Source: Scyliorhinus canicula | Lineage: Eukaryota | DNA length: 64,000 nucleotides | Assembly: GCF_902713615.1 (NCBI RefSeq) | Contig: NC_052162.1 | Coordinates: 112,495,811 to 112,559,810 of the forward strand | Direction: 5' to 3' | Shown: positions 11,385 through 23,831 of the stretch, one piece after another | Layout of the letters: each line of letters begins with the position of its first letter | Position numbering within the stretch: position 1 is the first letter of the stretch | Made by a program: the position numbers and the translations under genes | Notes under the pieces: model-generated | Told to the model about the DNA's origin: nothing | Databases searched by the model: none | Seen by the model: the letters and a program-made list of their open reading frames with translations, nothing else

Positions 11385-11955
11385 ACCTCTAAGGCATACA
11401 CCCTCCAGAGCAAGCCTGGCCAAGTTCTCTCTATCTGGGTAGTATATTTTCGTTCAAGTCGTGAGTCTTGAAATTATGTAACTGTTCAAATAAACACATA
11501 GCTAAAGTCTGAGTTAAATAAAGTTGTCCATATAAAAGTAAATCAAACTTGCAATGAGTATTCAATTTGTCTGTTTTCATCAGTTTATGCCAGCTGAGGG
11601 AGCAACATATATTGGCACCCCAGATGTGGCACGTGTAAGACTTTAGAGCACTTGGTGCAGTTCTGAGTTAAACACCTCAATCACCAAACCTGAGCATGAA
11701 TTAAGAGGGCAGGAGCTCCCCATGATGGCCAGGATTAAGTGGGCGATGAGAGCATAAACAAAGGACTGGGTCGGTTCTGAGGACGTGTTCGAACTGCTGA
11801 CTGAATTGCAAACATAATTGTTAGAGTAAAAGGTTCGAGTGACTAACGGTTAGGAGCAAAAGCAAGCTCCAATAATCAGCCTTGAGGGGTGTTCACCAAC
11901 CCCAAGTGTGTCGACAAGGAAAGACCGGATGGGAAGTTAGCAGCAAGGATATGAA

Positions 11956-12128
11956 ATGAAAATGGCTTATTGTCACGAGTAAGCTTCAAATGAAGTTACT
12001 GTGAAAAGCCCCTAGTCGCCACATTCCGGCACCTGTTCAGGGAGGCTGTTACGGGAATCGAACCGTGCTGCTGGCCTGCTTGGTCTGCTTTCAAAGCCAG
12101 CGATTTAGCCCTGTGCTAAACAGCCCCA
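11956..12128 (-). mobile_element. Short tRNA-derived SINE (GGGGCTGTTTAGCACAG head, TTTTCACAGTAAC tail)
   Basis: Related copies at 13172-13350(+), 17270-17395(+), 21932-22100(+), 51850-52025(-) and 58665-58823(-). Confidence 0.75.
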
Positions 12129-12489
12129 GTATCTGGAAAGGAGTTCAAAAGGATTTAGGAGAGACACTCTCTTCCCTTTGTCCCTGCCAATTCAGCGCCA
12201 GACCCCGAAAATAGTGTTGATTAACTGAGTTGAGAATTCGCCAGAATGGGAAACGGCACTAAACCGGAAATGGCCAAGCGGATAGACAGTTTGGGGAGAA
12301 CATTAAAGGGTCTGGGACCTGTGGACAGATACAGTGAGAAGAAACCCACTCAGTGTTAGGAAAATCTGAGTCTAAATCTGAGACAGCCATAGCTCTACTC
12401 CAGTTGCATGCGACAGTTAAAAGATATGGAGATAGAAAATGTAAGACAAGAGTTGAAAGGTGCAACATCAGATTTACTCACATAATATA

Positions 12490-12725
12490 TAAAAGCAAAT
12501 TACTGCGGAGGCTGGAATCTGAAACCAAAAAAGAAAATGCTGGAAAATCTCAGCAGGTCTGGCAGCATCTGTAGGGAGAGAAAAGAGGTAACATTTCGAG
12601 TCCGATGAGTCTTTGTCAAAGCTAGCAGACTTTGTTAGCTAACAAAGCTAAATATTTCCCACTTGCTCTGTCTGTTAGCTTTGACAAAGAGTCATCGGAC
12701 TTGAAATGTGAGCTCTTTTCTCTCA
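12490..12725. mobile_element. Penelope-like element terminal repeats in inverted arrangement, each with a hammerhead-like motif
   Basis: 12587-12623(-) and 12677-12715(+) are inverted copies of AGCTTTGACAAAGAGTCATCGGACTCGAAACG; same family as 25730-26330. Confidence 0.75.
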
Positions 12726-12789
12726 GATTTACTTACAGATATGCAAAAGAATCAGATGTATTTGGTAACTGACTTCCGGTGATGGGGAT

Positions 12790-13140
12790 ATCATAGAATT
12801 TACAGTGCAGAAGGAGGCCATTCAGCCTATCGAATATGCACCGGCTCTTGGAAAGAGCACCCTACCCAAGGTTAACACCTTCACCCTATCCCCATAACCC
12901 AGTAACCCCACCCAACACTAAGGGCAATTTTGGACACTAAGGGCAATTTATCATGGCCAATCCACCTAACCTGCACATCTTTGGGCTGTGGGAGGAAACC
13001 GGAGCACCCGGAGGAAACCCACACACACACGGGGAGGATGTGCAGACTCCGCACAGACAGTGACCCAAGCCGGAATCGAACCTGTGACCCTGGAGCTGTG
13101 AAGCGATTGTGCTATCCACAATGCTACCGTGCTACCCTAC
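12790..13140 (-). mobile_element. HE1-like SINE
   Basis: Near-identical to 44270-44614 and to the reverse complement of 27703-27981. Confidence 0.85.
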
Positions 13141-13359
13141 CGTGCTGAGAAGGCGGACATCAGGTGGCTCTAGACTGTTTAGCACAGGGCTAAATCGCTG
13201 GCTTTGAAAGCAGACCAAGGCAAGCCAACAGCGCGGGTTCAATTCCCGTACCAGCCTCCCCGAACAGGCGACGGAATGTGGCGACTCGGGGCTTTTCACA
13301 GCCACTTCATTTGAAGCCTACTTGTGACAATAAGCCATTTTCATTTCATTTCTCCTGAA

Positions 13360-13950
13360 AATACACTCTTTTCACCCGAAGTAGCCGGCTAATACAAAGA
13401 AATAAACATCACCACATCTCCACCAGCAACAATACGAAGGGAAAATGTCAAACAACAGCCATTCAAGAGGCCGCGTGGAAACAGAGAGTGGAAAAAGCCT
13501 GGAGAAACAAACGGCCGAGCCGGCCGAGGCAGGAGGCGGTGAGGCTTGTACCTCGCCAGAGTAAGAAGGGCAAGCCCATCGCGCAAGGAGCTCCCACACA
13601 CCAGAGGATGGGGAGAGGAGGTTTCTCTCAAGGGGACTGAGAGAACGCCAGGAAGAGACAAAAACAGGTATTCAAGCTGCGATCAGGGGTGCAGTTGCGG
13701 AAGCTCTGGCCATCATCCCGCTGGCCCTGGACAAGGCGGAGAGGCAACTGGAAGCTCAGGAAAACATCATTAAAGAGCCGGAGAAAGCTGAACAGGCGAG
13801 GGTGACCGGATCATCGCTCTAGAAAAAGAAGTGGGGAAGGCTGGTTGCGACACAGGGAAGCCTGAAGAGAAAGTCATCGACCAGGAAAACCGATCGAGAC
13901 GCCAAAACCCACGGATCGTGGGCCTACCAGATGAGATCAAATGTAGAAAT
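13360..13950 (+). mobile_element. L1/Tx1 ORF1 fragment
   Basis: 13880-13930 encodes 'DQENRSRRQNPRIVGLP', the L1 ORF1 coiled-coil/RRM junction motif. Confidence 0.7.
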
Positions 13951-13959
13951 CGCAGGGTC

Positions 13960-15260
13960 TGGAACCTCCCCGGATTCACATCCTTTATCTTCAGTTGCTG
14001 CAAGTGACCAATTGAAGGATAGAATGAGAAAAGAAATGGAAAGGGGGAGAAAAGAAAGTGTTTTACTCAGAGATGGTCCCATTTTCGATTCCTGGCGTGG
14101 GTCACTGACCTGTTTCCTCTCACAGTCCAAAAATGTGCATTAGATGGATTGCCCATGCAAATTGCCCCTTTAGTCTCCAAAAAGGGTAGCTGGGGTAACT
14201 GGGTCACTGGGATAGGGTGGAGGTATGGGCTTAAGTAGGGTGCTCTTTCCAAGGGCCAGTACAGACTCGATGGGCTTTCTTCTGTACGAATAGCACAGTG
14301 GTTACCACAGTTGCTTCACAGCTCCAGGGTCCCAGGTTCGATTCCTGGCTTAGGTCACTGTCTGTGCGGAGTCTGCACGTTCTCCCCGTGTCTGCGTGGG
14401 TTTCCTCCGGGTGCTGCGGTTTCCTCCCACAGTCCAAAGACGTGCAGGTCAGGTGGATTGGCCATGATAAATTGCCCCTAGTGACCAAAAAGGTTAGGAG
14501 GGGTTATTGGGTTACAGGGATAGGGTGGAAGTGAGGGCTGAAGGGGGTCGGTGCAGACTCGATGGGCCGAATGGCCTCCTTCTGCACTGTGTGTTCCATG
14601 TTCTGCACTTTAAATTCTATGATTTGTTGCAGACAGGAGGAACCTTCAGTCTGTGTGAAGCTGAATCCTCAATGTCACAAAGTCAGTGCTCTGATTGGCT
14701 GGAGGACAAGAGTCCTCCGACTATTCCCATTGGTCAACACCTCAGCTTGAAGGTCAGAGTGGACTCTTCCTTGCACATGCGCACTTTACTCCTCCCCTCC
14801 TGCACATGCGCAGTCCGGCTGGGGCAGAGGAAGATCACCGAGCGGTTCTCTCTGGCCGAAGCCGTCAACAACCAGCCGGCGCGAGGACACGGGAGCCCCG
14901 CCCCCTCCCATTGTTCCCCCCCCCACCCTCTTTGACACCTCCTGGAGACGGTTTCCATGCAACCAGCTGATGCGCACCACAGGAAGAGAGGAAGGTGCGC
15001 GTGCGCGGGGGAGAGCCCGCCCCCGATTGTCCTGCTGAAGTGTTGACCAATGAAAGGACCCACGTCCTCCAGCCAATCAGAGCGCGGGCTTTGTAACTGC
15101 AACATCTTCAACATCTGTGAGTAAAACACTTTCTTTTCTCCCCCTTTCCATTTCTTTTCTCATTCTCACCTTCAATTGGTCACTTGCAGCAACTGAAGGG
15201 AAAGGAAGTGAATCCAGGGAGGGTGCAGACTCTGGAAAGTTTGGCCCAGATCTCTCTCTC
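13960..15260. promoter_or_regulatory. Bidirectional ZNF promoter cassette 2; right arm gives non-coding exon 1 ending at 15116 (GT donor 15117)
   Basis: Homologous to cassette 1; CCAAT pairs, GC box CCCGCCCC, TGCGCA motifs; left arm interrupted by SINEs (14075-14620) and its donor mutated to CT (14070). Confidence 0.7.
14075..14620 (+). mobile_element. Two tandem HE1-like SINE copies
   Basis: Degenerate copy 14075-14285 and fuller copy 14290-14620 with core CTGTCTGTGCGGAGTCTGCACGTTCTCCCCGTG. Confidence 0.8.
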
Positions 15261-15739
15261 TCTTAAAGACATTGACATCCTTTGCTCTCTCAGCTTGACA
15301 CATTGGACGAAAGGCCAGTTGATATTCGGGAGACCCAACCCTCCCTCAGCTCCTGGTGATTGGACCTGAACGTACTAATCATTCCATTCATTTCCTTAAC
15401 GCCTCTGGTCGACAGCAGTACAGGCAGCACCTGCAGAGGGTACAACAGTCTGGGCAACACATTCATTTTAATGAAGGTGATCCTCCCTCACCATGAAATC
15501 GGAAGAGCCGACCACCGGGCAAGGTGCCACCTAATAGTCACCATCACCTGTGGAAAATTGGCCCCATTCAGCTGTCTGAAAGAGGGGGACCATTGACATT
15601 CCCAGATATTTAAATCACAAGGGAGGGGGGGAACCATTTGAAGGGGAACTTAGCAAGAGGAGGGGGCTTACCCCTCAACCCTCCCAACCGGCATGGCCTC
15701 GGACTCTAAAATTGATCTTATAACCAGATAAGGCACTAA

Positions 15740-16710
15740 ATCCATCCACTACTCCAATAATGGGCAGGACAGAAACACTGGGATCGACACAAACAACAGC
15801 CCGTCATCTGCACACAGGGTGATCTTGTGCTGCCTCACCCCACCCCCCAGTCCCGATATCAGAGGATCCGATCTGATATCCTCCGGCGAGGACTCAGTGG
15901 CCAACGCAAACAGCCAAGGGGACAGAGGGCAGTCCTGTCTCGTCCCTCTCTGAAGCTCAAAATTCAACACCCTTAAACCATTGGTGATCACCGCCGCTGC
16001 CGGTCTGTGATATCAATATAATCCTCATCCAACCCGAAGCCTCGCAGCGGATACACCAGATAATTCCACTCAACTCGAGCAAAAGCTTTCTCTGCATCGA
16101 AGGAGATCAGCAGCCAATCCAATGGATATTTCTGAAAAGCCTGAATCACATTCAGCAACCTTCCAACATTGTTACTGGAAAATCTTCCCCGTATAAACCC
16201 GGTCTGGTCCTCCCGCACGATTGTCGGAAGGATGTCCTCCAGCATTATCGCCAAAACATAAGATCGCAGTTTCAAGTCAACATTCAAAAGAGAGATTGGG
16301 CGATGAGGGACCCACTCCTCTGGGTCCTTGTCCACCTTCAGAATCAAAGAGAGATTAGCCTCACGAAGAGTCGGTGGCAGCATCCCCGAGTCAAAAGAGT
16401 AACAATACATATCTACCAACGGGTCCAACAACAAATCCTCAAACCCCCTGTAAAACCCACAGCCATCATCCCAGTACTTTACCCGGTTGCAGCTCCTTCA
16501 GGGCCTTTGACACTCTGCCCTAGAAAGGGGATTATTAAGAGCGTCACGCTGGCTTTCTGAGGCCTCCGGATGCATCAGGAAAGAGAGAAAATGTTCAACA
16601 CCCACCAACACATCGTCAGTCCTCGTGTATAATCCTTCATAGAATTCCCAAAATCCCTTTTGATTTCCTCTGTCTTCATGACCCTTATCCATCCCCCAAG
16701 TTGCACAGAG
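15740..16710 (-). mobile_element. L1/Tx1 RT fragment
   Basis: 'HRPISLLNVDLK', 'DQTGFIRGR', 'SFDAEKAFARVEW', 'RGTRQDCPLSP', 'LCADD'. Confidence 0.85.
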
Positions 16711-16711
16711 G

Positions 16712-17075
16712 GCATCGCTCTAAAGTCGGCCTTTTTCGTTGTCAAACAGGCCAAGTATTTGCTCGGGGGTGGGGGAGGGGAAGGTATTGGAAATTTACAA
16801 AGAACTTATGGAGTGGGAGGAAACCCAGTTCGGTGAGCTAAAGCGTAAATGGGAAGATGAGTTGGGTAAGGAGTTAGAGGTGGGTCTGTGGGAGGATGCC
16901 CTGAGCAGAGTCAACACGTCCTCACCATGTGCCAAGCTCAGCCTGATACAATTCAAGGTGGTCCACTGGGCACACATGACTGTGGCCCGGATGAGCAGGT
17001 GTTTTGGAGTAGACAGGTCTGGGCGATGTGCAGGAGGGCCCACAAACCATGTCCACATGTTCTGGAACATGTTCA
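16712..17075 (+). mobile_element. L1/Tx1 ORF2 C-terminal fragment
   Basis: ORF 16739..17101 'LIQFKVVHWAH...RCAGGPTNHVHMFW'. Confidence 0.8.
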
Positions 17076-17399
17076 TAGACCCCTTTGAGTCGGTGAGCTG
17101 ACTGGTGGTGATTTAACCTGAGGATCACCACATCTCAGGTGAGGGGCAAGATTGAGAAGGCCGGGCCTTCATGGATAACCTCAGCTGTTACAGGGAATCC
17201 GCACTGTTGGTGTTTCTCTGGATCAACGAACCAGCTGTCCAGCCAAGTGAGCTGAAGCAGCCCTCCAAATCAGCAGCACGGTTCAATTCCCGTACCAGCC
17301 TCCCCGAACAGGCGCCGGAATGTGGCTACTAGGGTCTTTTCACAGTAACTTCATTGAAGCCTACTTGTGACAATCAGCAATTATTATTTTATTGTCCTT

Positions 17400-18245
17400 G
17401 CCCTTCATGGATTTAACGAAAACCAAGGCAGTATCGGATTATCGAAAGATTTGACGGAGTTGTCGGAAATAATTTTCAGGGTCGCAGAATAAAGCGACAT
17501 AATTCACTCCCGCAGCCTTGAGTTCCCTTCAAACTTCATCGAAACCTCGATGCTTCGTTTGTGTGGCTGCCGAAAAGTCCTGAAAGAAGGAAATCCTCAT
17601 TCCCTCATGGAGCCAGGTCCCACCTCACCTTACCTGTCTCCAGGACCCTCTGGTGATCTTTCAAGTTGTGGAAGTGAATGATTCCAGGCCTGGGATGAAA
17701 ACTATCCCTCAGCCTCAAAGACAGGATCCGATGCCCTTTCTAATTTAAAACACCCAGGCTTCACATCCAGCTGGAGAAAACGTGGCAGCCACACAAAGGT
17801 GTGGAGGGTAACGGGAGCCTTACCCTCCACACCTTCTGGCAGGTCGACTACTCGGATATTCTTTCTCTGACCCTTGGTTCTCCAAGTCCTCCAGGAATCC
17901 GTCATCCCACTCAGCCGGTTTTCCAAGGATTGAATTCTTGCCTCTGCCGAGGAGGCATCTTGCTTAATGTTCAGGATTTTCTCCTCCAGATCATCGAGCC
18001 TCTTCATGGTGATTTGCAGCTCGGCCTCATGAGCTCACAGATATTGAGTCAGCTCACTCAGCCTCTGGTCAATAACAAGGAGAATGTCGGCAGTCATCAT
18101 TTTCACCGCCTCCGAGAGAGCCCCGGAGAGCGCGGGGTCGGGACACCTCCTGAGGGTCAGGCCGCCATGTTGAAAAGGCGGCTCCACCCCCACTGAACCT
18201 GCCTGCGCTCTTTTATCGATTTCTTGACATTTTCTGGTGTAATCA
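17400..18245 (-). mobile_element. L1/Tx1 ORF1 fragment
   Basis: ORF 17702..18007(-): coiled coil followed by 'RKNIRVVDLPEGVEG...LERA'. Confidence 0.75.
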
Positions 18246-19561
18246 ATTTTGTTTTTTTTAAATTAAGGTTCAATTTAGCGTGGCCAACCCATCTACCCTG
18301 CACATCTTTGGGTTGTGGGGGTGAGACCCACGCAGACACGGGGAAAATGTGCTAACTCCACACGGACAGTGACCCGGGGCTGGGATCGAACCCGGGTCCT
18401 CGGCACCGTGAGGCAGCAGTGCTAACCACTGCGCCACCGCGCTGGCCCTTTTTTCAGCAAAATCTTACCAAAGCTAATCAGAAAGTCTTCCAGCGACATG
18501 ACAACAAATATTGATTCCAGTATGATGTGGATGAGTGCCGGGCAACCAGGATAAATGATGGATTATAGGCAAGTGCGCCAGAACCTGCGGTAAGACAGCT
18601 ACTCGCACCCACATCACATGGTTCCCCCCCCCCCTTCCCCCAGACAGATTTCTAATTGACGAGGGAGTCGAGGGTTATGAAGAACCGGCAGGAAAATGGA
18701 GTGAAAGCTGAGATGAGGAGGGATTTCCTCACTCGAGGATGTGGTGAAGCTTTGGGATTCTCTAACCCAGAAATCGTGGAGCCTCAGTCATCAAGTATTT
18801 TCCAGATTGAGATTGATAGGTTTCTCGATGTTAAAGATTTCGAGGGATATGGGGGTGAATGGTGCTGAGGTAGATCGGCCAATTATCTCATTGAATGGTT
18901 GAGCAGGCTCGATGGGCTGAATGGCCGACTGCAGCTCCTATTTGTTATGGTCTCTGTGTCCAGGACAGGAAGCAGTGAGCAGGGATCTGTCAATCAGCCT
19001 GAATCAGCACCTTCAGGAGAATTGGGAGGGTGAATATTAGATACAGCAGAATGAGAATGGAGGGAGAGTGTATGGGATGGAGATTTACAGCTTTTGGGGA
19101 ATGAGAGAGGAAAGAATGTTCTCTAGGAACTAGAATTGTCTGTTCTGAATTTCTATCCTGTACTGACTGTGATGTCTTTTGTAAATTGTTTTTACAGGAC
19201 GTTAGAAGGTGAGGAATTACAGACAGAAATTTCTCAGCAAACATCACATCAACATCTGATAGTCACTCGATTCCTTGGCACCTGAATATCATCGGCCTTT
19301 GAATCTAGAAGGAGAAATGTTTGTCTGTTCTGTTGGCTTCAGAAGATTTTAACCATCAGTGTGACTGGAAAAGCACCGAGACACACACACACCCGAGTGA
19401 GAGTGTTCCAGAGCACTGACTGTGGAAAGAGCTTTAACCAGTTACACAGCCTGAAAACACATCACACCATTCACAGCGGGGAGAGACTGTACACGTGTTC
19501 TGTGTGTGGACGAGGCGTCAACTAATTGTCCAACATGGAGAGACACGAGGAGACCCAAAAC

Positions 19562-20407
19562 ATGGAGAAACCGTGGAAATGTGGAGACTGTGGGAAGGGA
19601 TTCAAAGCCCCATCTGTGCTGGAAGCTCATCGACGCATTCACACTGGGGAGAGGCCGTTCACCTGCTCTCAGTGTGAGAAGGGATTCACTCGATTATCCA
19701 GCCTGAAGTCACACGAGCGAACTCACACTGGGGAGAGGCCGTTCACCTGCTCTCAGTGTGGGGAGGGATTCACTGAGTTGTCCAGCCTGAAGTCACATCG
19801 GCGAATTCACAATAGGGACAGGCCATTCACCTGCACTCAGTGTGGGAAGAGATTCAGACATTCATCCACCCTGCGGAAGCATCAGCAAATTCACACTGGG
19901 GAGAGGCCGTTCACCTGCTCTGAGTGCGGGAAGGGATTCACTGAATCATCCAGCCTGAAGTCACATCAGCGAATTCACAGTGGAGAGAGGCCATTCACCT
20001 GCTCTCAGTGTGGGAAGGGATTCACTCAGTTATCTGACCTGCAGACACATCTGCGAGTTCACACGGGGGAGAAGCCGTTCACCTGCTCTCAGTGTGGGAA
20101 GGAATTCACTCAGTTATCCAGCCTGCGGACACACCAGAGAGTTCACACTGGGGAGAAGCCATACACCTGCTCTCAGTGTGGGAAGGAATTCACTCGGTTG
20201 TTCAGCCTGCGGACGCACCAGAGAGTTCACAATGGGGAGAAGCCGTTCACTTGCTCTTGGTGTGGGAAGGGATTCACTCAGTTATCCAACCTGAAGTCAC
20301 ACCAGCGAGTTCACACTGGGGAGAGGCCGTTCACCTGCTCTCAGTGTGGGAAGGGATTCAGTCATTCATCCACCTTGCAGTCACACCAGCGAGTTCACCT
20401 GGGGTAG
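19562..20407 (+). CDS. C2H2 zinc-finger protein, 10 tandem Kruppel-type fingers, no visible effector domain (alternative ATG at 19535; exon 2 starts at 19198)
   Basis: Open ORF with TGE[R/K]P linkers; acceptor TTTTTACAG|G at 19197/19198; upstream promoter and exon 1 at about 15.1 kb. Confidence 0.85.
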   Translation: MEKPWKCGDCGKGFKAPSVLEAHRRIHTGERPFTCSQCEKGFTRLSSLKSHERTHTGERPFTCSQCGEGFTELSSLKSHRRIHNRDRPFTCTQCGKRFRHSSTLRKHQQIHTGERPFTCSECGKGFTESSSLKSHQRIHSGERPFTCSQCGKGFTQLSDLQTHLRVHTGEKPFTCSQCGKEFTQLSSLRTHQRVHTGEKPYTCSQCGKEFTRLFSLRTHQRVHNGEKPFTCSWCGKGFTQLSNLKSHQRVHTGERPFTCSQCGKGFSHSSTLQSHQRVHLG

Positions 20408-20939
20408 CTATTCACCTGCTCAAAGTGTGGAAAGGCATGGGCTCAAATTATCTACCCTGCAGACACACCATCATGTTCACATTGGGGAGGACCATTCATC
20501 TGCTCTCAGTGTGGGAAGGGATTCTGTGTTTCCTCGTCCCTGCTGAGATACCAACACAATTGATTACAGGGGTTGGATTTTGCTGTTGCTGTTTCTGCTC
20601 TCCATTACATCCAGGACTGCATTGTGTTCATTCTGACAGTTGGTCAACAGAGATGGCCGGAGGGTTTCTTTCTGCTGGATTGGCCGGTCTCATGACTTTG
20701 CCTCCAGTGGGCTGACGCTCTTTAAATCTTGTTACAAATACCTGGCTTCAAATTTCACAAGGATCACAGAATGGAAGTTTGGAAGTTGGAAGATATTTAG
20801 TTGCCAGTTCTGTTTGGAACCCACCAAGATATGCCACATTGCCATGAAGATGGGCTATGGTGGTCACACGGTTCTTTTGTTTACTTTATCTAGGTGTTCT
20901 TCACAGAAGAAAACTGTCACGGTATGAGGGGCAAGTTGC

Positions 20940-21591
20940 CTGTGAATTGGATTAAATGTATGAAGATAGACAGGCAATCGCCAGCAGTTAATGAATTATT
21001 ACATATTTACATCAAATAAATATTCCTTTAGAAAATAAAAATCCAGCAGGAAAAGTGACACAACCGTGGCTAACATAAAAGTTAAAGATTCCATGAGATC
21101 AAAGGAAGAGGCTCATAAAGTGGCCAAAATAGTAGTAAGCCTGAGGATTGGGAACTTGTTTTAGAATTCAGCAAAGAAGGATCAAGAAACTGATAAAGAG
21201 AAAATAGAATATGAGAGCAAACTGGCGAGAAACATAAAAACCGACTGGAAAAGCTCCTATAGGAATGTGAAAAGGAAAAGATTAGCAAAGACCAATGTGG
21301 GTCCATTCCAGGCAAAGACAGGAGAGTTTATAATGGGGAATAAGGAAATGGCAGAGAAACTAAACAATGTGTGTCTGTCTTCACAGAGGAAGATACAGAA
21401 ATTGTCCTAAAAACACCAGAGAACCAAGGGACCAGTGAGCACGAGGAACTGAAAGAGATTAGTATTAGTGAAAAAGCAGTACTGGAGAAATGGTACCTGG
21501 CGTTGTAAGACTTCTTACTGTGCTCACCCCAGTCCAACGCCGGCATCTCCACATCACGGAGAAATTAATGTGTTTGAAAATTAATAAATCC
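20940..21591 (+). mobile_element. Old CR1 fragment downstream of the ZNF (co-duplicated with 55300-56100)
   Basis: Reverse-complement match to 55480-56090; 'KRLAKTNVG...MGNKEMAEKLN' CR1 ORF2; carries a 66-bp insert 21492-21557 with GGAGAAAT TSD that is absent from the paralogue. Confidence 0.75.
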
Positions 21592-23831
21592 TGATAGATT
21601 CATTAATTGTTTGGGGTCTTTAAGAAATTAACTGAGCATATGACGAGGAAAAAGAATGATTTTTTTTTTAAATTTAGATTACCCAATTATTTTTTCCAAT
21701 TAAGGGGCAATTTAGCGTGTCCAATCCACCTACTCTGCACATTTTTGGGTTGTGGGGGCGAAACCCACGCAGACACGGGGAGAATGTGCAAACTCCACAC
21801 GGACAGTGACCCAGAGCCGGGATCGAACCTGGGACCTCGGCGCCGTGAGGCGGTTGTGCTAACCACTAGGCCACCGTGCTGCCCCGAAAAAGAATGATTT
21901 TTAAAGAAAATACCTAGTCTGCAAAAACCAGCGGCTGGTTTAGCACAGTGGGCTAAACAGCTGGCTTGTAATGCAGAACAGCGTGGGTTCAATTCCCGTA
22001 CCGGCCTCCCCGAACAGGCGCCGGAATGTGGCGACTAGGGCCTTTTCACAGTAACTTCATTGAAGCCTACTTGTGACAATAAAGCGATTTGTTATTATTA
22101 AAATATAGTCAATGTTCTAGATAATGTGTGAACTGTTGAACTTTAAGGTCATGCCTGTAAGATTGTTTCAATGAATGTGCCATGTAAATTCTATGTAAAG
22201 AAACATAATATGAATAAGCCATTGTTTTGAAGAGACATTTCACAAAAATTGCAACAAATAAGTAACTAGAGCAAGATTAATGGCCAGCCATGACACAAGG
22301 ACTCTAGCCGTGAGAAAGTGCATAGAGATATTAGACTATGCCAGGAGAACATTAATTAGTCTTGAGTAAATGAGTAATGTTTAATTAACTAATCATGTTT
22401 AAGTGATTGATACCTTTTTGAACAAATCATGAAGCCTCAGCTGAGAATTAGAACCAATTCAAAATAAACAAGGGACTAAACCATAGACAAGGATTTCCTC
22501 AAGAGGAAGATTGTATGAGCAATCGTTCTGTTCTGAATTCTTGCTTTCTGGAATTTAAAAAAAAAAAGTGTCCAATTATTTTTTTCCAATTAAGGGGTAA
22601 TTTAGGATGGCCAATCCACCTACCTTCGCATAGAATCATATAACTTGCAGTGCAGAAGGAGGCCATTCAGTCCATCAAATCTGCACCGGCCCTTCGAAAG
22701 TGCACCCGACTCAAGCCCATACCTCCACCCTATCCCCGTAACCACGCCTAAACTTTTTTTTGGGACGCTGAGGGGAAATTTAGCATGGCCAATCTACCTA
22801 ACCTGTACATCTTTGGACTGTGGGAGGAAACCGGAGCGTCCGGAGAAAACCCACACAGAGAGCTTGCAGACTCCACACAGACAGTGACCCAAGCCGGGAA
22901 TCGAACCTGGAGCTGTGAAGCAATAGTGCTACCCACTGTGCTACCATGCCGCCCTTTTGGGTTTTGGGGCTGAGACCCACGCAGACACGGGAAGAATGCA
23001 AACTCTACTCGAACAGTGACCAAGGGCCGGGATCGAAACTGGTACCTCGGCGCCGTGAGGCAGCAGTGCTAACCACCGCCGCATGCTTTCTGGAACCCTT
23101 GAAGCACCTGTTAAATTACTTCTGTTTTGAAGTGGTTTCTTTCTATTTTTCTTATGTCTATGTTTTAACGCTTTTCGCTATGTCTTGACAAGTTTATGTA
23201 TTATTTTGATCTATGTTTTGATTCAGTTCTAATGCAAGTGTACTAAAGTGAATATTTGGCAATAAATATGTCTTTTGGACGCCTTCAATCAACCGGACTG
23301 TTGCCTCTTATTCAGAAGATAAATAAGAGATCCTACAATTGGCGAGCCAGTCAGAAGAGCAACAGAGAAGATACCGAATACCTTACCAAAGTATCGGCAG
23401 CAGATAATAATAATACAGATTTTAATTAATATTATTATCATGGATTGGCAGAAACGAGGTAAGAGACCTACAGATCTGCGATTGTTTAGAATCGGTTGAC
23501 TCCCTACACTCTCCTTGCGAACGCATCCAGAGTGAAATTGGCTCAAGCCTCAGATGGTATATATGTATTCTATGGTGTTAGAGATATATTTTTCTTGCGA
23601 ACCTCTCAACTAAAAGGAATAATCTACGACTTGAAGGCCCCAGGGTTAGAAATACTGTTTTGAAATTCAAAATGGCAGCCAAGATGTCGCCTGCGACCTC
23701 TAGTGGTGGCCAAGATCCACCAGAGATTTCTGTGGAAGATATATTTCAGTCAGCATATATAGAATATATAGAACAGCAATTCATTCTGGCTAAGGTCTGT
23801 CCTGAAATTGAACAAAGGTTTTTAAAACATG

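Larger units (their letters stand above)
5549..12480 (+). mobile_element. Decayed LTR retroelement/ERV 5' LTR (about 570 bp, 5549-11607, split by hAT and Gypsy insertions) plus PBS and leader/gag remnant
   Basis: TG start at 5549 where ZNF UTR homology stops; AATAAA near 11517; ...AACA end at 11607; TGGCACCCCAGATG at 11613 resembles a tRNA-Arg(CCU) PBS. Confidence 0.5.
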
